64,000 nucleotides of DNA from a virus. Taxonomy: Duplodnaviria > Heunggongvirae > Uroviricota > Caudoviricetes. The translations under genes were made by a program, and so were the position numbers. This document shows, one piece after another, positions 19,947 to 28,911 of this stretch. Location of the stretch: positions 121,001 through 185,000 of IMG/VR virus record IMGVR_UViG_3300028888_001839, one strand, 5' to 3'. The number at the start of each line of letters is the position of its first letter. The stretch's first letter is position 1. A model generated the notes under the pieces. That model saw only the letters and a list, made by a program, of their open reading frames with translations. It did no database searches and had not been told where the DNA came from.

Positions 19947-20147
19947 ATGTTGAATGATAGCATAATGGATGAAGACCCAAAGTGGATGAGCGAGGCATCT
20001 GAGGAGAAGTTAAGAGAGTTTGTGAAGGTGTTAGATGCAAATGAAAATCACCCACGACATGAGTTGCTTGTGAAAGCATTTGATAAAGAGTGCAATCGCC
20101 GAACTGCGGAATACTATGAATCCAGAAATGGAGGTGAATGGATATGA
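19947..20147 (+). CDS. hypothetical protein
   Basis: SD AGAAGG; overlaps the next gene. Confidence 0.55.
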   Translation: MLNDSIMDEDPKWMSEASEEKLREFVKVLDANENHPRHELLVKAFDKECNRRTAEYYESRNGGEWI

Positions 20148-20455
20148 GAAAGCAGAACAAGAATATGTCCATAGACATGGCTAAAACAATAGTTCGTGCG
20201 GCAATGAAGGTTATTGTGGACTTCATGGTAGGAGAAGACTCAGGTACAGAGTCTTATCAAAAGAAGTATGACAAGGTTGATGCTGTCGATGATAATGTCA
20301 TACAAGCACTTGGGCTAGCAGATTTCAATGACAACAAGATAGCTCAGGAATTTTATCGCCTTGCAAAGAACATCAAAGATTGGAAGGCAGACCATCTGTC
20401 ATTCCTTTGTGGCGAACCATGCCCCGAACGATGGATGTTTAAGACAATGATTTGA
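20138..20455 (+). CDS. hypothetical protein
   Basis: 105 aa, GGAGG SD. Confidence 0.7.
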   Translation: MDMRKQNKNMSIDMAKTIVRAAMKVIVDFMVGEDSGTESYQKKYDKVDAVDDNVIQALGLADFNDNKIAQEFYRLAKNIKDWKADHLSFLCGEPCPERWMFKTMI

Positions 20456-20471
20456 GAAAGGAAAAAAAGAA

Positions 20472-20792
20472 ATGTTATACAAAAGTGAAAGAGCAACGGA
20501 TGCGGGATGCGTGACTACCTTTATTGTAAAAGGGAAAGACACTTCTACATTCCGTATTGTGTCGTTTTCCATGTCGGATGCTTTCGCAGCGAAGCAACAC
20601 ATTAATCGCGTAGAGAGAAGCATAGAGATAAGCATCTTCGACTCTGATTCGCTAGAGTGGAAGGTGGTGGTTCCATCTAGTGTATTCAATCATGGAGACT
20701 GTTTAGAGATGCAGACGAGGGATAGCATGTTCCTTCTCAGAAAGGTGCAGGAATTCCTAAGAGACTATTTCGGGATTGCATTCTCATGGTAA
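20472..20792 (+). CDS. hypothetical protein
   Basis: 106 aa, AAGGA SD. Confidence 0.7.
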   Translation: MLYKSERATDAGCVTTFIVKGKDTSTFRIVSFSMSDAFAAKQHINRVERSIEISIFDSDSLEWKVVVPSSVFNHGDCLEMQTRDSMFLLRKVQEFLRDYFGIAFSW

Positions 20793-20967
20793 TGCTCGGC
20801 TCGCCATCATGCAATAGAGGATCGTCCAATCCTCCGTGGGCAACGTGGCCGAAGAGCTTGGCGAGGGGCGGTTTTGCTCATTCCCGCCTTGATTATTGGC
20901 TCTTAGCGGACTAGAATTTGCCTCAATAGCGGCATGGTACGAAAAGCCGCCGCACTATTTCAAGTTG

Positions 20968-21171
20968 ATGAAACGAATCGTCATAGGAGTAGACGGATAC
21001 AATCAGAGCATTACGGGAGATGTCTCGAGGACAGTGACTTGTGCCGCAACGGACTGCGATCATATTCCTCTTGTAATCGTAGAAAAAAGGACAATGAGTA
21101 ACGATGGAACTGATGACAGAAAAGGCATTAGGCAAAGAAAAGGTGAGAGGGGCTGCCTATTCTCTTCTTAG
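20968..21171 (+). CDS. free-standing C5-methyltransferase repeat mini-protein
   Basis: GVDGYNQSITGDVSRTVTCAATDCDHIPLVIV resembles the repeat units at 56.3 kb and 59.6-62.2 kb. Confidence 0.45.
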   Translation: MKRIVIGVDGYNQSITGDVSRTVTCAATDCDHIPLVIVEKRTMSNDGTDDRKGIRQRKGERGCLFSS

Positions 21172-21397
21172 AGACATTCAGCATGGCCTGAATACTACTG
21201 CTAATTCATACTGGGAATTTTTGCGCTATGGTCACAAGAAAGAGTTCGATGATTATAACAAGAAGAACTCCAACGAGCGGCTAGAAGTTATCATAAAGGA
21301 AGATTACCAATGCATGCGCAATGCTATTATGGCGGATGCAATTCGCTTGTACATTGCCAGACTCGAAGAAGGGAACGTAAGCAATGAATCTCACTAA
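21104..21397 (+). CDS. hypothetical protein
   Basis: 97 aa; overlaps the next gene. Confidence 0.6.
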   Translation: MELMTEKALGKEKVRGAAYSLLRDIQHGLNTTANSYWEFLRYGHKKEFDDYNKKNSNERLEVIIKEDYQCMRNAIMADAIRLYIARLEEGNVSNESH

Positions 21398-21704
21398 CGA
21401 AGAGAAGAAAAAGATAGGAGATGCGGCATCGGCTATGATGCAGGCTTTCTGTGAGTTCAGGCTCGCAGAGGATAGGCTAAACATCGCAAACTCATTGTCT
21501 GGGAATCTTGCGAAGATAAGAGTTCCAGACGAACTTATTAAAAATGCTCTAACACCGTATGTTGGAGCATTCAAGGAGATGCAGTGCAAGTTTTTCGAGG
21601 CCTTGGAAATTCCTCTGACGAACAATGAATTTTGGGATTGGTACAACAAGCAGCCTCCGAGCATGGAACAATTGAAGCATAAATGGAAAGAAGTTATGGG
21701 ATGA
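21384..21704 (+). CDS. hypothetical protein
   Basis: 106 aa. Confidence 0.65.
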   Translation: MNLTNEEKKKIGDAASAMMQAFCEFRLAEDRLNIANSLSGNLAKIRVPDELIKNALTPYVGAFKEMQCKFFEALEIPLTNNEFWDWYNKQPPSMEQLKHKWKEVMG

Positions 21705-21734
21705 AGTTATGGCATTGAGTAGGAGAACGATGCC

Positions 21735-22277
21735 ATGAATTTCTTTCAATATCTATACGGTGAAAAAGTTGCAGAAGACAAGAAGAGCGAATACAATGAG
21801 AGGAAGTATTATCTTGTCAAATGCAAGGATGGAGAGCATGAACTGCGGAAACTCATTGACTACATAGGGAGAAACGGAAATGGCGGACATTCGTTCGACA
21901 TAGTAGTAGACCCTGGTAGCAAAGATCAGGAACGGCATTTCTTCTGGGATGGGGACGGCCCCGATCGAATAGATTCTATCGTTGAAACAAAGACTAGTGA
22001 CGATAAGGAACTTGTTGGGATTCTTCTTACGGCATTGGAAAGAGTTCAAAGGCTAACATTCGCAGAGGGCTCTTCAAGCGATGATGAGGCCAAAGTCCTT
22101 AAGACTGCATTGAATAATATCCATGATATAATTGAGCCGCTTCTTAGTGGTGTGGAATATGAAGATGACTTGAGGGATTCATTGAGAGAAGTTCTTTTCG
22201 CAGTCAATAGTAGCGATGATTCAGCAGAAAAGAAATTAGACCATATCAAATACATTGTTGAGGCAGCATTAAAATAG
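21735..22277 (+). CDS. hypothetical phage protein
   Basis: 180 aa, AGGAG SD, GHSFDIVVDP...DGDG.DRI motif. Confidence 0.7.
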   Translation: MNFFQYLYGEKVAEDKKSEYNERKYYLVKCKDGEHELRKLIDYIGRNGNGGHSFDIVVDPGSKDQERHFFWDGDGPDRIDSIVETKTSDDKELVGILLTALERVQRLTFAEGSSSDDEAKVLKTALNNIHDIIEPLLSGVEYEDDLRDSLREVLFAVNSSDDSAEKKLDHIKYIVEAALK

Positions 22278-22317
22278 ACAGATGCCATTCTCTTTGCCAA
22301 TTTTGGCATATTTTAGA

Positions 22318-24732
22318 ATGGCAGACATTTCGTATAAGGATTTGATAGCACCATCGTTCTACGGGCTATGGAACGATGTGGTAAACCAGAAGTACCCAGA
22401 AATCTGGTTGGCAGGTGGTCGTGGATGCATAGACGGCGACACTCTTATTGACACACCAAAAGGGTGTGTGAAAGTTCGAGACTTCGATGGCGGACTCATA
22501 TATTCTATTGGTGAGTATGGACAGGTTGTTGAAACGATAGCTTGTAGGCCGATACGATACACTAAAGAAGACCTGTTTCGTGTTAATGTAGGTAGCAAGT
22601 CTATTTTAGTGACGGATGAACATAAGTTCCTTACTAAGAATGGGTGGAAGCGAATTAAAGACATTAGCGAAGGAGAGGCTATTGCTTTCTACGACTCTTC
22701 CTATTGTCAAAAACCCCGTCAGCCCATTCCTTCTTCAATAATTCAGACTGCTTCTTTCGATGTTCCTCAGTCCAAGGTTTGTAGATGCCGTTCTTCCATC
22801 GTTCCTTTGCATTTGAAGAAAGACTCGCTCTACCACTTTCTGAGACATTGTGCCGAATCCCCTGAAGTGTCGCACGAAGATGCTCTCCGTTTGATGAGAA
22901 CACTTCTAGGTTTGATATATCGTTATTGGCAGGATTTCCATCTTTGTGATGAACTACCTCCGAAGGAAGGAGAAACCTACCTAGATGTTTTTCAACAACT
23001 AGCCGATGTTCTTGGATATAACCGTTGTCGTTTGCATTCGGATGGTCAGGAACACGAACAAAAATATATCCATTATGAGCAACGAATCTACCACCGTTCC
23101 AAGAAGGATTGTCGCACCCTTTCCTTGGGCAAACATTCTGTAAGCAAGGGAAATGGAATCTTACAAAGGCTTTCTGGATTGCTTTTGGAGACCTTCCCAT
23201 TAGTTGAGCAATCTCAAAGGAACGAAGACCTTGCTTACAGTATTCTGCTAATTGTAAGACTTGTTCTTTCGTCCATTTCACATTCGGATTCTTTGGAGGA
23301 CGGTCTTTCCGAATCGGATGCTTACGCCCCTCCCAAAGGTTATCGGGGGGCTTCCAGCCTTCAAATGCTTTCCGACATGCTTCGGCATACTGTTCACGAT
23401 GAGTCATATAGTGATTCCTTTCTAATAAAAGAGAATGAGTGTTTGCACGACCTCCATTATACCACATGGATGCCCATTCGGTCAATTAGATTTGAGAAAA
23501 AAGATTACTATTACGATTTGTTCGTTCCAATCTACAACAATTATATTGCAGAAGGATTTGTAAACCACAATTCAACGAAGTCATCGTTTGTCTCTACTTG
23601 CATACCGCTTCTAATGGAGATGAATCCACGTCTCCACTGCTGTTGCTTCCGCAAGTTCGGAACTAACCTTGCTGATTCAGTCTACTCTCAATTCGAGTAT
23701 ACTATCAATGAGAAACTACGTCCGATAGCCGACCATTGGGTGTTCAAGCGTTCACCTCTAAAGATAGTGAACTCACGAACGGGGCAGCAGATTCTATTCC
23801 GCGGATTGGATGACCCGCAGAAGGTGAAGTCGTTAAAGGCACCGTTCGGGTACTTCGGCCTGATTTGGCTGGAAGAATTGGCTGAGTTTGATGGGATTGA
23901 GGAAGTCAGAAACGTCCTGCAGTCGTTGCGCCGTGGCGGTCACTACTTCCAAACCTTTTGTAGCTACAACCCACCTGAGACTAGCTCAAATTGGGTAAAC
24001 CATGAGGCAAGCGTTCCACAGATAGTAGATGGGAAGCTCTATCGGTATGTCCACCATTCAGATTACAGAACTGTTCCTCGCGAATGGTTAGGAGATGATT
24101 TCTTTACTTCCGCCGAACTCCTGCGATCGACAAATGAGAGAGCATTTAGACATGAGTACCTAGGAGAAGTCACTGGAAATGGCGGAGCGGTATTCCCGAA
24201 TGTGGTGCCGCTAGAAATGTCGGATGAGATGATTTCCCATTTCGACAGCAGACGTTTTGGGCTTGACTTTGGTTTTGCACTAGACCCGCTACACTATTCG
24301 GCTTCTCACTATGACAAAAAGCATAGAGACCTCTATATTTGGGATGAGATAAACGAACTGAACTGCACCAACATTGCGCTTGCAGAACTATTGAAAGCAA
24401 AGAAGGATGATATCGGCTTCAACTACATAATGTGCGATGCAGCCGAGCCGAAGTCGATTGCCGAACTAGAAGGATTGGGAGTAAATGTTCTGCCCGCTCA
24501 GAAGGGGCCAGATTCAAGAAGATTCTCATATCGTTTCTTGCAGAGCCTTGCTCATATTTACATCGACCCCATTAGGTGCCCAAAGACTTACAAGGCATTT
24601 GTACAGTGCGAATACCTGAAAAACAAAGCTGGGGAGTTTATTTCACGATACCCTGAAAATGGAGGAGACGATCCAATCGACTCCGTAAGATATGCCTTGA
24701 TGGATGATGCAATCGACGCAGGACTCTTCTAA
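22318..24732 (+). CDS. terL: terminase large subunit (PBSX family), intein-containing
   Basis: Walker A GGRG|STKS split by an intein; FRGLDDPQKVKS; Walker B IWLEE; YNPP; nuclease GLDFGF, CDAAEPKSI, DPIDSVRYA. Confidence 0.93.
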   Translation: MADISYKDLIAPSFYGLWNDVVNQKYPEIWLAGGRGCIDGDTLIDTPKGCVKVRDFDGGLIYSIGEYGQVVETIACRPIRYTKEDLFRVNVGSKSILVTDEHKFLTKNGWKRIKDISEGEAIAFYDSSYCQKPRQPIPSSIIQTASFDVPQSKVCRCRSSIVPLHLKKDSLYHFLRHCAESPEVSHEDALRLMRTLLGLIYRYWQDFHLCDELPPKEGETYLDVFQQLADVLGYNRCRLHSDGQEHEQKYIHYEQRIYHRSKKDCRTLSLGKHSVSKGNGILQRLSGLLLETFPLVEQSQRNEDLAYSILLIVRLVLSSISHSDSLEDGLSESDAYAPPKGYRGASSLQMLSDMLRHTVHDESYSDSFLIKENECLHDLHYTTWMPIRSIRFEKKDYYYDLFVPIYNNYIAEGFVNHNSTKSSFVSTCIPLLMEMNPRLHCCCFRKFGTNLADSVYSQFEYTINEKLRPIADHWVFKRSPLKIVNSRTGQQILFRGLDDPQKVKSLKAPFGYFGLIWLEELAEFDGIEEVRNVLQSLRRGGHYFQTFCSYNPPETSSNWVNHEASVPQIVDGKLYRYVHHSDYRTVPREWLGDDFFTSAELLRSTNERAFRHEYLGEVTGNGGAVFPNVVPLEMSDEMISHFDSRRFGLDFGFALDPLHYSASHYDKKHRDLYIWDEINELNCTNIALAELLKAKKDDIGFNYIMCDAAEPKSIAELEGLGVNVLPAQKGPDSRRFSYRFLQSLAHIYIDPIRCPKTYKAFVQCEYLKNKAGEFISRYPENGGDDPIDSVRYALMDDAIDAGLF
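22679..23407 (-). CDS. HNH homing endonuclease nested antisense inside the TerL intein
   Basis: NPSWNGG...GYIQEHRLVVEKHLGR.L...EVVHHKDGNPANNDISNL; own SD AAAGGA and own promoter. Confidence 0.9.
   Translation of the reverse strand: MTHREQYAEACRKAFEGWKPPDNLWEGRKHPIRKDRPPKNPNVKWTKEQVLQLAEYCKQGLRSFEIAQLMGRSPKAIQKAFVRFHFPCLQNVCPRKGCDNPSWNGGRFVAHNGYIFVRVPDHPNANDNGYIQEHRLVVEKHLGRFLLPSEVVHHKDGNPANNDISNLEVFSSNGEHLRATLQGIRHNVSESGRASLSSNAKERWKNGIYKPWTEEHRKKQSELLKKEWADGVFDNRKSRRKQ
23456..23485 (-). promoter_or_regulatory. promoter of the nested HNH gene
   Basis: TTGACC-18bp-TATAAT with TGTGG extension, matching the phage consensus. Confidence 0.8.
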
Positions 24733-24772
24733 TATCCTCGTTGGCATTTTCCGTAAAGGAAAAGGATAGGAT

Positions 24773-25351
24773 ATGAAAGGTAAAGCAATAAGCATAATTG
24801 CGGGAGCTGCCGCTATTGCGACTATCGGAATAACTACATTATCCGATGATGATAGTATTGGTTCATCTCACGAATCTAAAATATCCACACGGGCATCAAA
24901 AAACACCTGCCGTCTCGAGACTGCATATGCCGTGGGATTGATTCAAGGTTGGCCCGTTATGATATTCGTCAATGAGGATGCAAGCAAGACGAATGCCGCC
25001 GATAGACTAGAATCGCATGTTGGTAAGGGCATATCTAGGATTCTCTCATACAACAAGATTGAAACCCCTCCAACCGATTGTACTCTAACCTTATTCACTT
25101 CCACTAATAGCGGCTCTGGATGGAACATAGCCTATCCTACGGCGGAAGAAAAGCAAGCGGCAACAAATGCTTTGATGGCTTCTCATGCCTGCCAAGTAAG
25201 GGATGTAGAAAACCTTCCAGATGGATGCATTGTCTCTATTGGATGGCTTTGTTATGTGACTAATGGTTTCTGGAATGTCCACACGACACCGGTTTCCTTT
25301 TCTGATATAGCCGCTCTTAAGGGAGGATGGCTTTATCGAGAGAGGCGCTAG
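24773..25351 (+). CDS. membrane-anchored or secreted hypothetical protein
   Basis: Hydrophobic N-terminal segment, 192 aa. Confidence 0.65.
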   Translation: MKGKAISIIAGAAAIATIGITTLSDDDSIGSSHESKISTRASKNTCRLETAYAVGLIQGWPVMIFVNEDASKTNAADRLESHVGKGISRILSYNKIETPPTDCTLTLFTSTNSGSGWNIAYPTAEEKQAATNALMASHACQVRDVENLPDGCIVSIGWLCYVTNGFWNVHTTPVSFSDIAALKGGWLYRERR

Positions 25352-25375
25352 TAGAGATTTCTTTAGAATGGAGTC

Positions 25376-25408
25376 GGCATCGCCTTTGAATAAGAGGCGA
25401 TGCTTTTG
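25376..25408 (+). terminator. intrinsic terminator
   Basis: GCATCGCCT...AGGCGATGC followed by TTTT. Confidence 0.7.
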
Positions 25409-25421
25409 TTCCTACACCCCA

Positions 25422-25451
25422 TTGCAACCCGAAAGCGGTCTATGGTATAAT
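25422..25451 (+). promoter_or_regulatory. sigma70-like phage promoter
   Basis: TTGCAA-18bp-TATAAT followed by ATGTGCCGT. Confidence 0.75.
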
Positions 25452-25481
25452 ATGTGCCGTCAACGACAAGGAAGAAAAGAA

Positions 25482-25841
25482 ATGCTAGAAGCGGAAATAG
25501 ACAAAGCAGGGAATCGTATATGCAAGCGATGTCCTTTTATAATCGCAGCACAGAACGAATATCATAAGTTGTGCATGCAAGTGAACCGCAAGTTTGGAGG
25601 GATTAAAGGAGTTACGTGTGGGGTAAACGGCTGGGATGAGAAACTAGCGGAAGAATTTTACAATCGGATTGGTCTTGACATTGAGACAGGGCTTCCGGTA
25701 GGGGTTGGAGTGGACTCAATACTAGAAGAACTAGAGAAGAGGCTTTCAGATGATTTTGTTTATTATGACAATGTTTGTGTAAGAGGTATTTCACCAACGC
25801 ACATGGCTATACGAAATTATGCGCATGAGTTGCTTGAATGA
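25482..25841 (+). CDS. hypothetical protein
   Basis: ATG after an AAGGAAG leader. Confidence 0.65.
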   Translation: MLEAEIDKAGNRICKRCPFIIAAQNEYHKLCMQVNRKFGGIKGVTCGVNGWDEKLAEEFYNRIGLDIETGLPVGVGVDSILEELEKRLSDDFVYYDNVCVRGISPTHMAIRNYAHELLE

Positions 25842-25866
25842 ATAAAAGAACGGACTCCGAAAAAGG

Positions 25867-26388
25867 ATGAAGACATTAGAGGGAAAGACGATGAAGCAGA
25901 ATAGACCAAGACTGCAGATAATTAGAGGGCTACCTGGGAGTGGTAAGACTACTCTTGCATTGAAAATGTATCCTCATCTTCTACGGCTAGAGACGGATAT
26001 GTACTTCTATTCCAAAGGGGCATACCGGTTCACGCTTTTGAGGAATGAACTCGCAGTAGACTGGTTTAGGGAAGAAGTAATGAGACTCTGCGGCCATGAC
26101 ATTGATTTCGTTGTTACTGGCGTTTTCGCAGCCCATACTGAAAGACTGGATTTTGTAATAGAGGTGGCACTTTTCGCTGGATATGATGTGTACATCAAGA
26201 CCCTTACAACGCAGTTCAAAGGTATTCATGCTGTTCCAGAGGAGCACTTTAATGCGATGAAGGCGAACTTCCTTCCTGAGAAGGAACTCAAGAAGATGTT
26301 TCCTCGAAAAGACTTTCCTCAAATCCATTTTGGGCTAATGGACAAGGGAATGGAACTAACCCATTTGAAGAAACCAAGAAGGAAATGA
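25867..26388 (+). CDS. P-loop kinase (AAA_33 / polynucleotide kinase-like)
   Basis: IIRGLPGSGKTTLA. Confidence 0.8.
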   Translation: MKTLEGKTMKQNRPRLQIIRGLPGSGKTTLALKMYPHLLRLETDMYFYSKGAYRFTLLRNELAVDWFREEVMRLCGHDIDFVVTGVFAAHTERLDFVIEVALFAGYDVYIKTLTTQFKGIHAVPEEHFNAMKANFLPEKELKKMFPRKDFPQIHFGLMDKGMELTHLKKPRRK

Positions 26389-26392
26389 TTTT

Positions 26393-26983
26393 ATGGGATT
26401 ACTTTCAGTAATATTCAATACAAGGTATAGCAAGTATCCGATGTTCCTACAGTATGTAAGCGGAACACATCATGTAAGCGGTGAAGACTATCTTTGTGCG
26501 AGGGGGATGCTACAGGAGGGAGACATAATCCTTAGAGGACATGATAACTATCTGAGCAAGTTTATTGTTCCTGGCAAGTATAGCCACAGCGGTATTTATC
26601 TAGGCAACGACAGAATTATACATTCGACGGTTGAAGATGGTGTGCATGAGTCCAATCTGATAGATTTCATGAGATGCGATCGGTTTTTGGCATTGCGCCC
26701 TACCTGTGGTCAGAACGGAATATTATTTGCCGCAAAGAAGTATCTTGGGAAGCTATATGACAATGAACTCGAGGATGATGATGATGAATACTATTGTCAT
26801 GAGTATGTCGCTACAGTTCTTAATGAATGCAATTTTGAGATAGAGAAAATCCATGCTTCTACGCTATTGGGGTTAGTCAAGAAAGACATCTATTGCGAAG
26901 AAAGTTTTGTCAACAACTGTCATCTGTTCAAGCTACTTGAAATCGACTGGAAAAAACAAACAAGAGAGAAAGAATACAACTGA
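26393..26983 (+). CDS. permuted papain-like (YiiX/YebB NlpC/P60) hydrolase
   Basis: GDIIL, YSHSGIY, IIHS, YYCHEYV with His preceding Cys. Confidence 0.8.
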   Translation: MGLLSVIFNTRYSKYPMFLQYVSGTHHVSGEDYLCARGMLQEGDIILRGHDNYLSKFIVPGKYSHSGIYLGNDRIIHSTVEDGVHESNLIDFMRCDRFLALRPTCGQNGILFAAKKYLGKLYDNELEDDDDEYYCHEYVATVLNECNFEIEKIHASTLLGLVKKDIYCEESFVNNCHLFKLLEIDWKKQTREKEYN

Positions 26984-27207
26984 TGAAAGATCGCGACAGC
27001 ATTATCGAGGTCAAAGGGACAATAGCAAAAATCCTTTCTGGCTCCATGTACAAGGTGCAGATGGATAATGGGCTTGAAATCCTAGGTCATCTGTCTGGAA
27101 AGATGAGGAAGTTTGGCATTAAAATCGCACTGGGCGACATGGTTCAGGTTGAACTCTCTCCATATGACCTGACAAAGGGACGAATCACATATCGGCTTAA
27201 ATCATAA
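26983..27207 (+). CDS. infA: translation initiation factor IF-1
   Basis: IEVKG.I...L...YKVQMDNG..ILGHLSGKMR...I.I..GD.V.VELSPYDLTKGRITYR. Confidence 0.95.
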   Translation: MKDRDSIIEVKGTIAKILSGSMYKVQMDNGLEILGHLSGKMRKFGIKIALGDMVQVELSPYDLTKGRITYRLKS

Positions 27208-27983
27208 TGTTAAGCGAACTGTATTTAGGTGATTGCCTCGAAATTTTGCCGTCTATACCAGATGGAAGTATAGACTGCATCATCGACGATTTGCCATATG
27301 GAGTCACAAATAGGGGGAGCGAAGCTGGAAGATGGGATAATGTGATTCCGCTTGATGAACTGTGGAGGCAGTTCCTTCGAGTGGCAAAAGAAGATGCTGC
27401 GATTATACTCTTTTCTCAGGGGATGTTTACGGCTCAGTTAATGATGTCGCAGCCTAGGCTCTGGAAGTATAACCTAATCTGGCATAAGAATAATCCAACA
27501 GGATTCCTCAATGCAAATAGGATGCCGCTTCGGGAGCATGAGGACATCTGCGTGTTCTACCGCAAGCAGCCAATCTTCAATCCGCAGATGAAGCCATGTT
27601 CTAAGGATGATGTTGTCCATAGTAGAGGAAGACTAGCGAACCCTATAACGAACAATGTCTATGGGAAGAGGGTAGAACTTCCAAGCAAGGTGAGAACTGA
27701 AAAATGTCCGACGTCGATATTGCATTTCAACAAGCCACACTACAAAGGGCAGCACCCGACAGAGAAACCGGTTGAATTGTGTAGATGGCTCATTCGTTCT
27801 TATACAGACGAATGCGACACTATTCTCGATGCTACTATGGGGTATGGGACAACAGGGGTAGCGGCGGAGATTGAGCATCGTGGGTTTATAGGTATCGAGA
27901 AGGATGTAGCATATTTCGAGATAGCAAAGAATAGAATGGAAAAAGCCATTGCAACACCAAAGCAAGGAAACTTGTTCAGATGA
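27207..27983 (+). CDS. DNA methyltransferase, N6A/N4C beta class
   Basis: DLPYG catalytic motif, HPTEKP, ILDATMGYGTTG. Confidence 0.9.
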   Translation: MLSELYLGDCLEILPSIPDGSIDCIIDDLPYGVTNRGSEAGRWDNVIPLDELWRQFLRVAKEDAAIILFSQGMFTAQLMMSQPRLWKYNLIWHKNNPTGFLNANRMPLREHEDICVFYRKQPIFNPQMKPCSKDDVVHSRGRLANPITNNVYGKRVELPSKVRTEKCPTSILHFNKPHYKGQHPTEKPVELCRWLIRSYTDECDTILDATMGYGTTGVAAEIEHRGFIGIEKDVAYFEIAKNRMEKAIATPKQGNLFR

Positions 27984-28213
27984 GGATAACGACCCAGAGA
28001 CAGAATCAGTTTGGAGGAAATGACTTTTTTTATAGCATACAATGCGATGTGTGCGGAGAGTTCCTAAAGACAATTCCGAGGAAGAACAAGCCTATGGAGA
28101 TTATCGAGTTCCGCACTTGCGGAGAAGAGACTTTAAGTGCAATTGCTAGAGGATGGCTAGTAGAAGGCAACACCGCTATCTGCGAAGTGTGCTTGAAGTC
28201 GATAGGAGAATGA
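27980..28213 (+). CDS. small zinc-binding protein
   Basis: CDVC and CEVC motifs; ATGA overlap. Confidence 0.6.
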   Translation: MRITTQRQNQFGGNDFFYSIQCDVCGEFLKTIPRKNKPMEIIEFRTCGEETLSAIARGWLVEGNTAICEVCLKSIGE

Positions 28214-28896
28214 AGATGAATGGCAAAATAGGAATAGCGGTTTGTTCATTGGCATGCTCAATGTCCATGCTTGCTAACAATGCTCAGTTGTGGACAAAGG
28301 AAGACATCGTATATGCGGTAGCACCAAAGACTGCAATAGGGTTTTCTCAGGAGAACCGCATAGGGATAAATGAATGGAATGATGGGAAGAAGCACCTTGA
28401 TGAAATACATGTTGCTCCGTCAGTTGACTATCTAGTTCTCAACTGGCTCTCAATTGGAGCAAATTACCGACATGTTCTCATACGGAACGGGAGCGATGCT
28501 AGATATACGAACGACAGACGCCCCGGTATAGACATAGCATTGAAGAAGTCTGTATACGGAATATCGCTGCTCAATCGCTCTAGGTTCATTTGCCGCATTC
28601 CAGAAGGTGAGAACCCATACTTTAGATATCGTAACCTATCCAAGGTGTCATATTCTCTTGGTGACTTCTCCCCATTTGCATCTTACGAATGGTACTACGA
28701 TGAGGGAAGCCATCAGCGCCCATATCGGAAGAACGATAGGTTCAGCCAGCAATGGATTTCGTTCGGAATCGACTACAAAGTGTGCAAGAACATTAAAGCC
28801 ACTCTGTACTATATGCTCACAGAGAACAAGAATAGAATAGAACACAACTGGTATCCGGGGCATGTGATTGGGATAGGAATAGCGATGTCTTTCTGA
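28210..28896 (+). CDS. outer-membrane beta-barrel protein (DUF2490-like)
   Basis: Signal peptide, alternating aromatic beta strands, RYRN motif, C-terminal Phe. Confidence 0.7.
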   Translation: MKMNGKIGIAVCSLACSMSMLANNAQLWTKEDIVYAVAPKTAIGFSQENRIGINEWNDGKKHLDEIHVAPSVDYLVLNWLSIGANYRHVLIRNGSDARYTNDRRPGIDIALKKSVYGISLLNRSRFICRIPEGENPYFRYRNLSKVSYSLGDFSPFASYEWYYDEGSHQRPYRKNDRFSQQWISFGIDYKVCKNIKATLYYMLTENKNRIEHNWYPGHVIGIGIAMSF

Positions 28897-28911
28897 TAGA
28901 GGATAGACTAG

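Larger units (their letters stand above)
22426..23571 (+). mobile_element. intein in the TerL Walker A motif (382 aa)
   Basis: Starts CIDGDT; block B VTDEHKFLT; block F YDLFVP.YNNYIA; ends NHN followed by Ser+1. Confidence 0.92.

Noticed and set aside
20793-20900. Structured intergenic segment with TCCTCCG and GGCAAC, reminiscent of an HDV-like ribozyme or SAM riboswitch
   Set aside because: The P1 3' strand and nested pseudoknot order could not be built, and the SAM-I core is absent. Only simple hairpins are supported.
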